32,000 bases of DNA from Pseudoalteromonas translucida KMM 520 (GCF_001465295.1 NZ_CP011034.1:2370001-2402000), one strand, 5' to 3'; positions 1-10,976 are shown, counted from the stretch's first letter. The notes: a model not told the origin generated them from the letters alone. Numbers and translations are program-made.

Positions 1-495
1 AAGCTGGCTGCGTGTCATGTCTTTACGTAAGTACTCGCGAAATGAGTCTGGTTGAAAGTTCATTTGACGAATAACTTGCAAGTAACGGTCGTTGTTAAAG
101 CTTTCACCAATTTTAAAATAAGGTAATTCTAAAATGGTTTGTCTTACACTTTCATCGCTTACACGAAGGCCTAACTCTGCCGCTAGTTGAGTTTGCAGTT
201 CTTGTTGTACTAAACGGTCAATTACACCTTGGCGTATTTGCGCCATGTAATTTGGATCGGCTGCAATTTGGGTAAAGTATTCACCAAACTGTTGCTCTAA
301 TCGGCCTCGTTCATTTTGAAACGCACGATTAAATTCGGTTTGACTAATTTTAATACCATTTACTTCAGCAACAGGTTGTTCTGTGGTTTGACCTAGGTAA
401 CTACCAATTCCTGCTAAAGCAAAAGATAAAATCACGGCGCCTAAAATTACTTTGGCTATAGGTCCTTGCGAACCTTCTCTGATTTTCTCAAGCAT
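1..495 (-). CDS. ppiD: Periplasmic chaperone/PPIase PpiD, N-terminal 165 codons (3' end lies beyond the left edge)
   Basis: Stop-free frame from ATG at 495..493 to position 1. Translation starts MLEKIREGSQGPIAKVILGAVILSFALAGIGSYLG (N-terminal membrane anchor) and continues alignable to E. coli PpiD. It lies downstream of hupB as in the E. coli lon-hupB-ppiD order. Confidence 0.8.
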   Translation of the reverse strand, partial: MLEKIREGSQGPIAKVILGAVILSFALAGIGSYLGQTTEQPVAEVNGIKISQTEFNRAFQNERGRLEQQFGEYFTQIAADPNYMAQIRQGVIDRLVQQELQTQLAAELGLRVSDESVRQTILELPYFKIGESFNNDRYLQVIRQMNFQPDSFREYLRKDMTRSQL

Positions 496-540
496 TTGTT
501 TATCTCTTTTCTGAGCAAGGTTTTTACCTTGTCATATGTA

Positions 541-571
541 AAAAAAGCGTATCTTACCAGATACGCTTTTT
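541..571 (-). terminator. Rho-independent terminator after hupB
   Basis: Perfect 9-bp stem agcgtatct/agatacgct (546..554, 559..567) with loop tacc. It is flanked by A6 on the plus strand (T6 on the minus strand) and by tttt. Confidence 0.75.
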
Positions 572-666
572 CACTTGAAGTAACTGGCGGTAAAGTTACT
601 TAATTCATCTTCTGTGGTAATTAAGTATTTTTACACTCGCCACAACTAATGTGTTTAAAACAGCGA

Positions 667-939
667 TTAGTTTACTGCGTCTTTTAGTGCTTTACCTGCT
701 TTAAATGCAGGGATAGTTGCAGCAGCAATTTGAATTGTTTCGCCAGTTTGTGGGTTACGGCCTGAACGTGCAGCACGGTCACGAACTGAAAAAGTACCAA
801 AACCAACAAGTGCAACTGAGTCGCCTTCTTTAAGTGCGCCAGTAACTGATTCGATAAATGAATCTAGTGCACGACCTGCAGCCGCTTTAGAAATGTCAGC
901 ATCAGCTGCGATTTGATCGATTAATTGAGATTTATTCAC
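667..939 (-). CDS. hupB: DNA-binding protein HU-beta (90 aa, GTG start)
   Basis: Translation (V/M)[89 protein letters not shown] is collinear with E. coli HupB. GTG at 939..937 is preceded by AGAGGA with 7-nt spacing. The ATG at 969 in the ORF track would add 10 non-conserved residues and would lie upstream of that SD. Confidence 0.9.
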   Translation of the reverse strand: MNKSQLIDQIAADADISKAAAGRALDSFIESVTGALKEGDSVALVGFGTFSVRDRAARSGRNPQTGETIQIAAATIPAFKAGKALKDAVN

Positions 940-1145
940 AATATCATCCTCTTTAATTGTTGTTATCAAGAGCGATTGTTTTTTACTAACATCACTGTTT
1001 TGAAAATTTAGAGCAAACTATTATGCTCATACGATTATATTTTTCTTAAGCCTAGTAACCATAAGGGCTAGGCTTGAAAACCAGTGCTTAACTTATCATA
1101 CCGTTTAGATTTGAAAAGCCCCTAAAAGCACTTTTTTAGCGTTTT

Positions 1146-3506
1146 TTATCGGTTTTTCGGCGTTTCGACTGAAAAACTATCAACTGGGTGCACTAAAGCA
1201 AGTTTTAATACTTCATCAATCCATGTAACTGGGTGAATATCGAGGCCAGCCAATACGTTGTCTGGGATCTCTTTTAGGTCACGTTCGTTAATTTTTGGAA
1301 TAATAACCGTTTTAATACCGCCGCGATGCGCCGCTAATAATTTCTCTTTTAAGCCACCAATTGGTAGTACTTCGCCACGCAATGTAATTTCGCCTGTCAT
1401 GGCAACATCGGCACGTACCGGATTACCAGTTAAGCTCGACACTAAACCAGTTACCATAGCAGCACCTGCACTTGGGCCATCTTTAGGTGTTGCGCCTTCT
1501 GGTACGTGTACATGAATATCGCGCTTTTCATAAAAATCACTGTTAATACGAAACTCTTCCGCTCGGTTTCGTACTACTGTCATGGCTGCTTGTATCGACT
1601 CTTGCATTACATCACCTAATGAGCCGGTATAGCTAAGCTTACCTTTACCTGGTACTGCGGCACATTCAATAGTTAGCAAGTCGCCACCCACTTCAGTCCA
1701 TGCAAGACCGGTAACTTGGCCAATACGGTCGCCGTCTTCTGCTTTACCGTAATCAAAGCGTTGCACACCTAAAAAGTCCTCTAGGTTGTGCTCATCAATA
1801 GTGACTGTTGTGGTGCCTTTTTCGATTAAAATATTTTTAACCGCTTTACGACATAGTTTAGATATTTCGCGCTCTAAATTACGTACACCCGCTTCACGCG
1901 TGTAATAACGAATAATGCCAGTAATGGCGCTATCTGCTATCTCAATTTCATGCTCTTTTAAGCCATTACGCTTAACTTGCTTGGTAATTAAGTGCTGTTT
2001 AGCAATATTTAGTTTTTCATCTTCGGTGTAACCCGACAAACGAATAACTTCCATTCGATCTAGTAATGGTCCTGGAATGTTAAAGCTGTTTGATGTAGCA
2101 ACAAACATCACATCCGACAAATCGTAGTCAACTTCTAGGTAGTGATCGGCAAAATGACTATTTTGCTCAGGATCTAGCACCTCAAGTAATGCAGATGCGG
2201 GATCACCACGCATATCTGATGACATTTTGTCGATTTCATCAAGTAAAAACAATGGGTTTTTAACGCCCACTTTTGTCATATTCTGAATCATCTTACCTGG
2301 CATTGAACCAATGTAAGTACGACGATGACCACGAATTTCAGCTTCATCACGTACACCGCCAAGCGCCATACGAATATACTTACGACCGGTAGAGCGTGCA
2401 ATAGATTGACCTAAAGAGGTTTTACCCACACCAGGCGGCCCTACTAAACACAAAATAGGCCCTTTAAGCTTGTTAGTACGTTGTTGTACGGCAAGGTACT
2501 CTAAAATACGTTCTTTAACTTTTTCTAAGCCGTAATGGTCGCTATCAAGTATTTTTTGCGCGCCAGCTAAATCTTTTTTAACTTTAGAGCGCTTTTTCCA
2601 CGGGACACTAATTAGTGTATCTATGTATGAGCGCACTACACTGGCTTCTGCCGACATTGGCGACATCATTTTTAGCTTACTTAACTCAGCCGTCGCTTTT
2701 TCTTTTGCTTCGGTTGGCATGCCCGACTCTTCAATACGCTTTTTCAGCGCTTCAAACTCGTCTGGCACATCATCAAGTTCACCGAGTTCTTTTTGAATCG
2801 CTTTCATTTGCTCATTGAGGTAATACTCGCGCTGCGATTTTTCCATCTGCTTTTTAACGCGGCTACGTATTTTTTTCTCAACTTGCAGTAAATCTATTTC
2901 GCCTTCCATTAGCGCCATTAAGTATTCTAAGCGTTCGGTAACACTTGAGGTTTCTAATACTTTTTGTTTTTCAGGCACTTTTAATGGCATATGAGCTGCC
3001 ATGGTATCGGCAAGGCGCGCCGGATCGTCAATCCCGGAAACCGAAGTAAGTACTTCTGGTGGGATTTTTTTATTAAGTTTTACATAGCCTTCAAATTGGC
3101 TAATTGCGCTGCGAATAAACACATCTTGCTCATGCTCATCTATTGATTCTGATTCAATAAACTGTGCATTAGCTACAAAAAATTCTTCGCTATCAATAAA
3201 CTCTTCAATTTTTGCGCGTTGCGTACCTTCTACTAAAACTTTTACTGTACCGTCTGGTAACTTTAATAACTGAAGTACAGTGGCAATAGTACCAACACGA
3301 TAAATATCATCTTGCTCAGGCTCATCTACAGTTGCATCTTTTTGGGCAACCAAGAAAATTTGTTTGTCTTTATCCATTGCCGCTTCAAGGCATTTTATTG
3401 ATTTTTCACGGCCTACAAAAAGCGGGATCACCATGTGCGGGTATACCACTACATCGCGCAGTGCTAATACTGGGATTTCGACTCGATCGGTTCTCTCAAG
3501 CGTCAT
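1146..3506 (-). CDS. lon: ATP-dependent Lon protease
   Basis: 786 aa. The N-terminus [34 protein letters not shown] is near-identical to E. coli Lon. It has Walker [10 protein letters not shown] and the protease motif PKDGPSAG with the catalytic Ser. Synteny clpX-lon-hupB. Confidence 0.98.
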   Translation of the reverse strand: MTLERTDRVEIPVLALRDVVVYPHMVIPLFVGREKSIKCLEAAMDKDKQIFLVAQKDATVDEPEQDDIYRVGTIATVLQLLKLPDGTVKVLVEGTQRAKIEEFIDSEEFFVANAQFIESESIDEHEQDVFIRSAISQFEGYVKLNKKIPPEVLTSVSGIDDPARLADTMAAHMPLKVPEKQKVLETSSVTERLEYLMALMEGEIDLLQVEKKIRSRVKKQMEKSQREYYLNEQMKAIQKELGELDDVPDEFEALKKRIEESGMPTEAKEKATAELSKLKMMSPMSAEASVVRSYIDTLISVPWKKRSKVKKDLAGAQKILDSDHYGLEKVKERILEYLAVQQRTNKLKGPILCLVGPPGVGKTSLGQSIARSTGRKYIRMALGGVRDEAEIRGHRRTYIGSMPGKMIQNMTKVGVKNPLFLLDEIDKMSSDMRGDPASALLEVLDPEQNSHFADHYLEVDYDLSDVMFVATSNSFNIPGPLLDRMEVIRLSGYTEDEKLNIAKQHLITKQVKRNGLKEHEIEIADSAITGIIRYYTREAGVRNLEREISKLCRKAVKNILIEKGTTTVTIDEHNLEDFLGVQRFDYGKAEDGDRIGQVTGLAWTEVGGDLLTIECAAVPGKGKLSYTGSLGDVMQESIQAAMTVVRNRAEEFRINSDFYEKRDIHVHVPEGATPKDGPSAGAAMVTGLVSSLTGNPVRADVAMTGEITLRGEVLPIGGLKEKLLAAHRGGIKTVIIPKINERDLKEIPDNVLAGLDIHPVTWIDEVLKLALVHPVDSFSVETPKNR

Positions 3507-3549
3507 TATATTTCTCTTTGCACTTCATTTATTTTAAAGATTACTCAAG

Positions 3550-3578
3550 TATATGGGGATAACCTAATTAAAGTTCAA
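3550..3578 (-). promoter_or_regulatory. Sigma-32 (heat-shock) promoter of lon
   Basis: The minus strand reads cgTTGAAC-14 nt-CCCCATATActtg, about 45 nt upstream of the lon ATG. This matches the sigma-32 consensus CTTGAAA-N13-14-CCCCATNT. It also matches, as I recall it, the E. coli lon promoter (GTTGAAT...CCCCATATACTG). Confidence 0.6.
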
Positions 3579-3610
3579 CGATTTTCCCTTACTCGATTAA
3601 ATTAATTATA

Positions 3611-3637
3611 AAAAAAGGAGCCTTAGGCTCCTTTTTT
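3611..3637 (-). terminator. Rho-independent terminator after clpX
   Basis: aaaaaa-GGAGCC-tta-GGCTCC-tttttt: a perfect 6-bp GC-rich stem with A6/T6 arms, 19 nt past the clpX stop. Confidence 0.8.
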
Positions 3638-3655
3638 CATCAAATAGCTTAAAAA

Positions 3656-4939
3656 CTACTCAGATGCCGCTTTATCTTGATTATTATTTTCATAAATCAA
3701 AATTGGGTCTGATTCACCTTTAATTACGGTTTCATCTATAACCACTTTGCTTACATTATCCATAGAAGGTAGCTCATACATAGTATCAAGTAATACACCT
3801 TCAACGATTGAACGCAAACCACGAGCACCTGTTTTACGCTCCATTGCTTTGTGGGCAATTGCAGCTAAGGCATCTTCGCGGAACTCAAGCTCAACATCTT
3901 CCATACCAAACAATACTGAAAACTGTTTAGTAATGGCGTTTTTAGGCTCACTTAAAATTTGTATTAGTGCAGCTTCATCAAGTTCAGTTAATGTAGCAAC
4001 TACCGGTAAACGGCCAATAAACTCAGGGATCAAGCCGTACTTAACTAAATCCTCTGGCTCTACGTCTTTAAATGTATCACTTAAAGAACGGCTTGCTGCA
4101 GACTCTTTAACATCAACACCAAAGCCAATACCGGTATTTTTATGGCTGCGTTGCTCAATCACTTTATCAAGACCTGAGAATGCGCCACCACAAATAAACA
4201 AGATTTTAGACGTATCTACTTGTAAAAATTCTTGCTGTGGGTGCTTACGGCCACCTTGTGGTGGAACCGAAGCTATGGTGCCTTCTATCAGTTTAAGGAG
4301 TGCTTGTTGCACGCCTTCGCCTGATACATCACGTGTAATTGACGGGTTGTCTGATTTACGAGAAATTTTATCAATTTCATCTATGTAAACAATGCCACGT
4401 TGCGCTTTTTCTACATCATAATCGCATTTTTGTAACAGCTTTTGAATGATGTTTTCAACATCTTCACCCACATAACCCGCTTCGGTTAATGTGGTTGCAT
4501 CGGCCATAGTAAACGGCACATCTAATAAGCGTGCTAACGTTTCTGCTAGTAATGTTTTACCACTACCTGTAGGACCAATTAATAAGATATTACTTTTACT
4601 TAGTTCAATATCTTGCTTAGTCGACTGATTACGTAGGCGTTTGTAATGGTTGTATACCGCTACAGACAATACTTTTTTAGCATGGTCTTGGCCAATAACG
4701 TAGTCATCTAAGTGTTTACGAATTTCTTTTGGTACAGGTAGTTTGTCAGAGGCATCGTGCTTAGGCGCAATGTCTTTTATTTCTTCTCTGATGATATCGT
4801 TACACAACTCTACACATTCATCACAAACATATACTGAAGGGCCTGCAATTAATTTGCGTACTTCATGTTGGCTTTTGCCGCAAAAAGAACAGTATAACAA
4901 TTTACTACTTTTGTCGCCGTCTGTAGGAGTGTCAGACAT
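3656..4939 (-). CDS. clpX: ATP-dependent Clp protease ATP-binding subunit ClpX
   Basis: 427 aa. The zinc-binding N-domain [40 protein letters not shown] is near-identical to E. coli ClpX. Walker A GPTGSGKT is present. Synteny clpP-clpX-lon. Confidence 0.98.
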   Translation of the reverse strand: MSDTPTDGDKSSKLLYCSFCGKSQHEVRKLIAGPSVYVCDECVELCNDIIREEIKDIAPKHDASDKLPVPKEIRKHLDDYVIGQDHAKKVLSVAVYNHYKRLRNQSTKQDIELSKSNILLIGPTGSGKTLLAETLARLLDVPFTMADATTLTEAGYVGEDVENIIQKLLQKCDYDVEKAQRGIVYIDEIDKISRKSDNPSITRDVSGEGVQQALLKLIEGTIASVPPQGGRKHPQQEFLQVDTSKILFICGGAFSGLDKVIEQRSHKNTGIGFGVDVKESAASRSLSDTFKDVEPEDLVKYGLIPEFIGRLPVVATLTELDEAALIQILSEPKNAITKQFSVLFGMEDVELEFREDALAAIAHKAMERKTGARGLRSIVEGVLLDTMYELPSMDNVSKVVIDETVIKGESDPILIYENNNQDKAASE

Positions 4940-5041
4940 TCAGCTACCTCATTTTATACGTTGGCCACCAAATTGGTCGATGGCTATTTCAATACGTTTT
5001 AACTATACCAAAATTTAATTTTTTCGCATAGTAACTCAAAG

Positions 5042-5066
5042 TGGCAAACAGCCTAGCCGTTTGCCA
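5042..5066 (-). terminator. Hairpin between clpP and clpX (possible partial terminator/attenuator)
   Basis: 8-bp stem tggcaaac/gtttgcca with a 9-nt loop, starting 6 nt after the clpP stop. The minus-strand 3' flank ACTTTGAGTT is only moderately U-rich. Confidence 0.3.
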
Positions 5067-5071
5067 AACGC

Positions 5072-5689
5072 TTACTTGCTAGCGCGATTTTTAAATACTG
5101 AGTCTACAATGCCGTAATCTACAGCTTGATCAGCACTCATAAAGTTATCACGATCAGTGTCTTTAGAAATCACGTCTAATGGTTGGCCTGTATGCTCAGC
5201 CATTAAGCGGTTTAGCTTGTCTTTAATAGACAGGATTTCTTTGGCATGTATTTCAAAGTCAGATGCTTGACCTTGGAAACCACCTAATGGTTGGTGGATC
5301 ATTACGCGCGAGTTAGGTAGGCAAAAACGTTTGCCCTTTGCCCCAGCGGTAAGTAAAAAAGCACCCATGCTAGCAGCTTGGCCTACACAAATTGTACTTA
5401 CATCTGGTTTAATGAAGTTCATTGTGTCGTAAATTGCCATACCCGCAGTAACCGAACCACCTGGTGAGTTTATATATAAAAAGATATCTTTGTCTGGGTT
5501 TTCTGATTCTAAGAACAACATTTGCGCTAAAATCAGGTTTGCCATGTTGTCTTCAACAGGACCCGTTAAAAAGATAATACGCTCTTTTAATAATCTCGAA
5601 TAAATGTCATACGAGCGCTCGCCTTTAGGTGTTTGTTCAACAACCATAGGGACCAATGCGTTTAGGGGATCTGTAATACCAATATTCAT
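5072..5689 (-). CDS. clpP: ATP-dependent Clp protease proteolytic subunit ClpP
   Basis: 205 aa. [33 protein letters not shown] and [11 protein letters not shown] (catalytic Ser) are collinear with E. coli ClpP. Confidence 0.98.
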   Translation of the reverse strand: MNIGITDPLNALVPMVVEQTPKGERSYDIYSRLLKERIIFLTGPVEDNMANLILAQMLFLESENPDKDIFLYINSPGGSVTAGMAIYDTMNFIKPDVSTICVGQAASMGAFLLTAGAKGKRFCLPNSRVMIHQPLGGFQGQASDFEIHAKEILSIKDKLNRLMAEHTGQPLDVISKDTDRDNFMSADQAVDYGIVDSVFKNRASK

Positions 5690-5771
5690 ACTTATTTAAT
5701 TCCTTATGCGCTTATACTTATCCTTATTAAAGAAAAGCATAGTTATCATTTTTCGCAAATTAAGAACCACA

Positions 5772-5819
5772 AACTAAAATGGCCCGAGCACACTGCATAA
5801 ACAGAGTAACACGAGCCAT
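5772..5819 (-). terminator. Candidate terminator after tig
   Basis: The minus strand reads ATGGCTCG-tgtt-ACTCTG-tttatg-CAGTGT-gct-CGGGCCAT followed by TTTAGTTTG. This is a two-segment stem with one G:U pair and one mismatch, so it is imperfect. Confidence 0.4.
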
Positions 5820-5846
5820 TTAATCGTTAGCGAGCACTTAAGTCAA
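5818..5846 (-). promoter_or_regulatory. Sigma-70-like promoter candidate for clpP-clpX
   Basis: The minus strand reads TTGACT-17 nt-TTAAAT immediately after the tig stop codon. The -10 hexamer overlaps the 5' arm of the tig terminator hairpin. Confidence 0.35.
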
Positions 5847-5853
5847 TGACTTA

Positions 5854-7158
5854 TTAAGCACCTTGCTGTGGATTCATGATGTCGTCAAATGCTGTTTCAA
5901 CGTCAGTCACAGTTGCTTTAGCTAAGATAGCCTCAACAGCTTGCTCTTCCATTGCTACATTACGCATTTGCTGCATAAGTTGATCATTCGCTTTGTAGTA
6001 TTCTACTACTTCAGTTGGATCTTCGTATGCAGAAGCTACCGTTGCGATTAATGCTTCAACTTTAGCGTCGTCAACTTTAATCTCGTTAGCTTTAATCACT
6101 TCACCTAATAAAAGGCCAGTTTTAACACGTGTTACTGCTTGCTCATGGAACAATTCAGCAGGAAGCTCAGGCATGTTTTGCGCATCGCCACCAAAACGTT
6201 GAGCAGCTTGCTGACGTAATGCGTCAACTTCTTGATCAACTAGTGCTTTAGGCACTTCAATTTCGTTGTTCGCTAAAAGACCTTTAATAGCTTGATCTTT
6301 AACGTTAGCTTTAACCGCTTGGTCTAGCTCACGTGTCATGTTCTTTTTAACTTCAACTTTAAGCGCGTCAACACCACCTTCGGTAACACCGAATTTAGTT
6401 GCAAATTCTTCGCTTAATTCAGGTAACTCTTGCGCTTCAACTTTTTTCACTGTGATAGTGAATTGAGCCGCTTTACCTTTTAAGTTTTCAGCGTGGTAAT
6501 CATCAGGGAAGGTTACATCAGCAACTGCTTCTTCGCCTGCTTTTTTACCTACGATATTATCTTCAAAACCTGGGATCATACGACCTTGGCCAAGTTCTAA
6601 TGGGAAGTCTTCGGCTTTGCCGCCTTCAAATACTTCACCGTCGATAGTACCTACAAAATCAACCGTTACACGGTCGTTTTCGCCAGCTGCTGTATCAACT
6701 TCAGCCCAGTCTGCGTGTTGCTTACGAAGTGTTTCTAGCATGTTAGCTAAATCTTCGTCAGTTACTGTTACGGCTGGTTTTTCAACTGTAATTTTGTCTA
6801 AACCTTGAACTTCAACTTCAGGGTAAACTTCAAACGTAGCCGAAAACTCTAAATCTTTACCAGCTTCAAGTGCTTTTGGAGCAAATGTTGGTGCGCCAGC
6901 TGGATTAATTTTTTCTGAAACAATTGCTTCATAGAAATTACGTTGCATTACTTCGCCAGCAACTTCTTGACGAACTGCTGGTCCAAAACGCTTGTTAATT
7001 ACTGATGCTGGAACTTTACCAGCACGGAAGCCATCAATACGCTGCGTTTTTGACAGTTGTTGTAAGCGTTTTTTTACTTCATTCTCAACGTTCTCTGCAG
7101 GAACGGTGATGGTCAGACGGCGCTCAAGGCCTTGGGTCGTCTCAACAGAAACTTGCAT
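5854..7158 (-). CDS. tig: Trigger factor
   Basis: 434 aa. [21 protein letters not shown] and the FKBP-type PPIase core [13 protein letters not shown] match E. coli Tig. Synteny tig-clpP-clpX. Confidence 0.97.
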   Translation of the reverse strand: MQVSVETTQGLERRLTITVPAENVENEVKKRLQQLSKTQRIDGFRAGKVPASVINKRFGPAVRQEVAGEVMQRNFYEAIVSEKINPAGAPTFAPKALEAGKDLEFSATFEVYPEVEVQGLDKITVEKPAVTVTDEDLANMLETLRKQHADWAEVDTAAGENDRVTVDFVGTIDGEVFEGGKAEDFPLELGQGRMIPGFEDNIVGKKAGEEAVADVTFPDDYHAENLKGKAAQFTITVKKVEAQELPELSEEFATKFGVTEGGVDALKVEVKKNMTRELDQAVKANVKDQAIKGLLANNEIEVPKALVDQEVDALRQQAAQRFGGDAQNMPELPAELFHEQAVTRVKTGLLLGEVIKANEIKVDDAKVEALIATVASAYEDPTEVVEYYKANDQLMQQMRNVAMEEQAVEAILAKATVTDVETAFDDIMNPQQGA

Positions 7159-7613
7159 GATTTACCTCAATCTTCAATTTTGGCGACTGTTCGCCTTATT
7201 TACACACAAAGTCATCTTTAGGAGTCTTGATAAAATTTAAACCTTTGTGGCTTAAAAACATTCGTCGCTACCACCAGATACCATTGCTGCTCTGCCCTGC
7301 GGGCACTATATTAAAATAATAGACGCGGCATTATAACGTAATATTGATGATAGTCGAGTGTAGGAAACAATTTTTTGAAGCACAATTGTGTTATTAGTAA
7401 TCAAGCGAATAAAAAACAGGCTAATTTTGCAGCTAATCAAAAGTATAAAGTTAGAGCTTATAAGTTTTAAAATAGTTTATCAGTGAGTTTTATTATTTAT
7501 TTTCGAATATTAACAATCTCTGGTTTAACAAAGTGTTCGATAATACTGATTTTGAAGTGAGTTATTCGTGTAAGACTAAAATCATTTTCATTTATTATTG
7601 TTAATAAAGAAAA

Positions 7614-7690
7614 TGGTCGGCGATGCAGGATTTGAACCTGCGACCCCTTGGACCCAAACCAAGTGCGCTACCAAACTGCGCTAATCGCCG
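7614..7690 (-). tRNA. tRNA-Pro (anticodon UGG), copy 3 of 3
   Basis: The reverse complement CGGCGAT-TA-GCGC-AGTTTGGTA-GCGC-A-CTTGG-TTTGGGT-CCAAG-GGGTC-GCAGG-TTCAAAT-CCTGC-ATCGCCG-A-CCA folds as a canonical 77-nt cloverleaf with encoded CCA. It resembles E. coli proM. Confidence 0.95.
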
Positions 7691-7754
7691 ATATATTTTT
7701 CATACTTAATTTTTGAATACTTAAACTTTGTATTTAAGACCATTTATAAGAAAA

Positions 7755-7831
7755 TGGTCGGCGATGCAGGATTTGAACCTGCGACCCCTTGGACCCAAAC
7801 CAAGTGCGCTACCAAACTGCGCTAATCGCCG
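7755..7831 (-). tRNA. tRNA-Pro (anticodon UGG), copy 2 of 3
   Basis: Sequence identical by eye to 7614..7690 and 8140..8216. Confidence 0.95.
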
Positions 7832-7846
7832 ATACTCTTTGTAAAT

Positions 7847-7923
7847 TGGGGTGACTGATGGGGCTCGAACCCACGACAACCGGAATCACAATCCGGGGCT
7901 CTACCAACTGAGCTACAATCACC
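7847..7923 (-). tRNA. tRNA-His (anticodon GUG)
   Basis: The reverse complement G(-1)-GTGATTG-TA-GCTC-AGTTGGTA-GAGC-C-CCGGA-TTGTGAT-TCCGG-TTGTC-GTGGG-TTCGAGC-CCCAT-CAGTCAC-C-CCA forms a cloverleaf. It carries the His-specific extra 5' G(-1) opposite C73. Confidence 0.95.
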
Positions 7924-7945
7924 ACGGTATTTACTTGTTTTCAAA

Positions 7946-8022
<77 letters not shown>

Positions 8023-8139
8023 ATCGAAAACTTCATAGTTTACCAATAAGCTAATTACGTAAGTACAATGGCTTTGTGCAAATGTACTATTGCATTAATA
8101 CCCAAATAATATTCCACTTAGCTTAATTACTTAAGAAAA

Positions 8140-8216
8140 TGGTCGGCGATGCAGGATTTGAACCTGCGACCCCTTGGACCCAAACCAAGTGCGCTACCAA
8201 ACTGCGCTAATCGCCG
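8140..8216 (-). tRNA. tRNA-Pro (anticodon UGG), copy 1 of 3 (promoter-proximal)
   Basis: Identical to the other two Pro copies. It is the first gene of the minus-strand tRNA operon. Confidence 0.95.
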
Positions 8217-8260
8217 ATGCTTATAATTGTTAGCGAGTGACCTCGTTGACAACGGGGTGC

Positions 8261-8289
8261 ATAATAGTGATTTGGCTGGGTTAGGTCAA
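8261..8289 (-). promoter_or_regulatory. Stable-RNA type sigma-70 promoter of the tRNA operon
   Basis: The minus strand reads ttttcttaaaaaaacgt-TTGACC-17 nt-TATTAT-gcaccccg. This gives a near-consensus -35, 17-bp spacing, an A/T-rich UP-like tract upstream, and a GC-rich discriminator typical of stringently controlled rRNA/tRNA promoters. The -10 lies about 45 nt upstream of the first tRNA-Pro. Confidence 0.55.
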
Positions 8290-8561
8290 ACGTTTTTTTA
8301 AGAAAACAATTCAATTGCTCACTTTTAGTTCATAATAGCCAGAATAACCTAATAGCCGGCTGAAATTTAGACTATTTTGTATAATCAAATACGCTATTAG
8401 CTAAAAGCAACTTGGCGCTTTAGTGCTTTTCTGCGAAAATAGTAAACATATTAAAAATGGATTTAATAAAGTAAGTATTTCTTTATTACATTACCCCTAT
8501 TTTTTGTATATCCATTTTAAGTATCTGTATCAAGTTAATTAACCCTAATTAAAGGTCACCC

Positions 8562-9416
8562 ATGACGGCAAACATCATTGATGGTAAAGCAATAGCAAAA
8601 CAAGTACGTAGCGCAGTTGCACAACGCGTTTCAGAGCGAGTAGCACAAAACCTTCGTGCGCCCGGTCTTGCAGTAGTGCTTGTAGGACTCGACCCTGCGA
8701 GTCAGGTTTATGTTGGCTCAAAACGTAAAGCCTGTGAAGAAGTTGGTTTTATCTCTAAATCTTTTGATTTACCAGCAAATACCACTGAGCAAACACTATT
8801 AGAGTTAATTGATGAATTAAACAACGATCAAGAAATTGACGGTATTTTAGTACAACTCCCTTTACCTGAAGGTCTTGATGTAGAAAAGATTCTTGAACGC
8901 ATTACCCCACATAAAGATGTAGATGGTTTTCATCCTTACAATATAGGCCGACTAGCTCAACGTATGCCAGCCCTTCGTCCTTGTACACCAAAAGGTATTA
9001 TTACCTTACTTGACTCAACGGGTGTGCGTTACAAAGGATTGCATGCTGTGGTTGTAGGTGCATCTAATATTGTAGGGCGTCCTATGGCACTAGAGCTATT
9101 GTTAGCAGGTTGCACTACCACTGTTTGTCATAAGTTTACACAAGACTTAGAAACCCATGTTCGTCGCGCCGATTTATTAGTGGTTGCAGTTGGTAAGCCT
9201 GAATTTATTCCAGGAGACTGGGTTAAAGAAGGTGCGATTGTTATTGATGTAGGTATAAACCGTTTAGATAGCGGTAAGTTAGTGGGTGATGTTGAATATA
9301 GTGTAGCTGAGCAAAAAGCAGACTTTATTACCCCTGTACCTGGTGGTGTTGGCCCTATGACAGTGGCAAGCTTGATTGAAAACACCCTAGAAGCGTGTGA
9401 AAAGTACCATAGCTAA
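8562..9416 (+). CDS. folD: Bifunctional 5,10-methylene-THF dehydrogenase / 5,10-methenyl-THF cyclohydrolase
   Basis: 284 aa. IIDGKAIA...[15 protein letters not shown]...[10 protein letters not shown]...[10 protein letters not shown]...[11 protein letters not shown] is collinear with E. coli FolD. Confidence 0.97.
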   Translation: MTANIIDGKAIAKQVRSAVAQRVSERVAQNLRAPGLAVVLVGLDPASQVYVGSKRKACEEVGFISKSFDLPANTTEQTLLELIDELNNDQEIDGILVQLPLPEGLDVEKILERITPHKDVDGFHPYNIGRLAQRMPALRPCTPKGIITLLDSTGVRYKGLHAVVVGASNIVGRPMALELLLAGCTTTVCHKFTQDLETHVRRADLLVVAVGKPEFIPGDWVKEGAIVIDVGINRLDSGKLVGDVEYSVAEQKADFITPVPGGVGPMTVASLIENTLEACEKYHS

Positions 9417-9430
9417 GTGGCAATATAATC

Positions 9431-9461
9431 AAAAAAGGGTTGCCAAGTGGCAACCCTTTTT
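9431..9461. terminator. Bidirectional rho-independent terminator shared by convergent folD and cysS
   Basis: aaaaaa-GGGTTGCC-aagt-GGCAACCC-ttttt: a perfect 8-bp GC-rich stem with A- and T-tracts on either side. Confidence 0.85.
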
Positions 9462-9504
9462 AATACAACTAATAAAGTTAGTTATTATTTTTGAGATAAA
9501 CCAA

Positions 9505-10884
9505 TTACGCTTTACGCCAAGTGGTTTTACCGGCTGAATCTTCTAGTATTACGCCTAACGCACTAAGTGCATCGCGCGCTTCATCAGCAGCAGCCCAGTT
9601 TTTACTAGCACGCGCATCGTTACGCTTAACTATTAGCGCTTCAATTTGTGCTACTTCATTATCGTCTTGCCCACCTTGTAAAAAGGCTTCTGGGTCCTGC
9701 TGAGCAACCCCTAGCACTTCGCTTATGCTACCTAGTATAAATGCTAACTGCCCTGCTTGCTGGCTATCAATATCTTTTACACGGTTTAGCTCTTTAGCTA
9801 GCTCAAACAACACAGGTAATGCTTCTGGTGTATTAAAGTCATCATCCATAGCCTTTCTAAACTTAATAACATACTCGTTGTCATCAAGCTCACACGCTAC
9901 CGGTTCAACCCCACGAAGTGCTGTATAAATACGTTCAAGTGATGAGCGAGCTTGATCTAAATTTTCTTGCGAATAATTTAGCTGGCTGCGGTAATGGCCC
10001 GATATTAAAAAGTAACGCACCGATTCTGCGTCGTACTGTTTTAACACTTCACGCACAGTAAAAAAGTTATCTAGCGATTTAGACATTTTTTCTTTATTTA
10101 CTTGCACCATACCCGTGTGGATCCAAGTATTTACATACTTGCCATTATTTGCACAGCACGATTGTGCAATTTCGTTTTCGTGATGCGGAAACTGTAAGTC
10201 AGAACCCCCGCCATGAATATCAAAATGCTCACCCAAATGCTTTGAACTCATAGCAGAACATTCAATATGCCAACCCGGACGCCCTTCGCCCCATGGCGAT
10301 GACCATGAAGGCTCACCCGCTTTGGCTTTTTTCCATAATACAAAATCAAGCGGATCGTCTTTATCTTGAGCAACCTCAACACGCGAGCCTGATTGCAACA
10401 TGGTTAAATCTTGCTGCGATAATGCGCCGTACTGCTCGAAGGTAGAAACATCAAACAATACATCGCCATCGGCAGCAACATAAGCGTGGCCTTTGGTGAT
10501 TAAGCGCTCAACCATTTCAATAATTTCATCCATGTGCGCAGTTACTGTTGGTTCAACATCGGGGCGTAACATGTTTAAACTATCAAAATCTTCATGCATG
10601 GCTTTCGTCATGCGCACAGTTAAGTCGTTTATTGACTCGCCGTTTTCGTTCGCGCGTTTAATTATTTTGTCATCAACATCGGTAATATTACGCACGTATT
10701 TTAAATCGTAACCAATGTGGCGAAGGTAGCGAACAATCACATCAAAGCCAACAAAGGTACGCGCATGCCCAATATGACAGTAATCATAAATGGTGATACC
10801 ACACACATACATGTCGATTTTGCCTTCGACCATGGGTTTAAATTGCTCTTTTTGTCGCGTTAGTGTGTTGTATATATTAACCAT
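9505..10884 (-). CDS. cysS: Cysteine--tRNA ligase
   Basis: 459 aa. [17 protein letters not shown] is present, along with the class I HIGH motif (CHIGHART) and the KMSKS motif. Confidence 0.97.
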   Translation of the reverse strand: MVNIYNTLTRQKEQFKPMVEGKIDMYVCGITIYDYCHIGHARTFVGFDVIVRYLRHIGYDLKYVRNITDVDDKIIKRANENGESINDLTVRMTKAMHEDFDSLNMLRPDVEPTVTAHMDEIIEMVERLITKGHAYVAADGDVLFDVSTFEQYGALSQQDLTMLQSGSRVEVAQDKDDPLDFVLWKKAKAGEPSWSSPWGEGRPGWHIECSAMSSKHLGEHFDIHGGGSDLQFPHHENEIAQSCCANNGKYVNTWIHTGMVQVNKEKMSKSLDNFFTVREVLKQYDAESVRYFLISGHYRSQLNYSQENLDQARSSLERIYTALRGVEPVACELDDNEYVIKFRKAMDDDFNTPEALPVLFELAKELNRVKDIDSQQAGQLAFILGSISEVLGVAQQDPEAFLQGGQDDNEVAQIEALIVKRNDARASKNWAAADEARDALSALGVILEDSAGKTTWRKA

Positions 10885-10976
10885 TTACTTTGAGTCCTTG
10901 ACTATTAACTTGAGCAGCTATGTTACCACTTGAAAAGCCCCTGCTCTAGCGCTTTATAACAAAGCAAACATCTACT

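Noticed and set aside
1048-1075. 8-bp hairpin aagcctag / ctaggctt downstream of lon.
   Set aside because: There is no U-tract on either strand, so I cannot call it an intrinsic terminator. It may be a stabilising or processing structure or just chance.
3747-4388. 213-aa plus-strand ORF antisense to clpX, unusually long for an AT-rich genome.
   Set aside because: It lies entirely within the highly conserved clpX coding region and its translation is low-complexity (S/T/P/C-rich) with no recognisable motif. It has no SD and is consistent with a codon-bias shadow ORF. It could be revisited only if ribosome profiling showed antisense translation.
8380-8385. TATAAT hexamer on the plus strand as a folD promoter.
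   Set aside because: There is no acceptable -35 at 16-18 bp (cggctg), and the TG is not in the extended -10 register. It is too weak to report as a feature.
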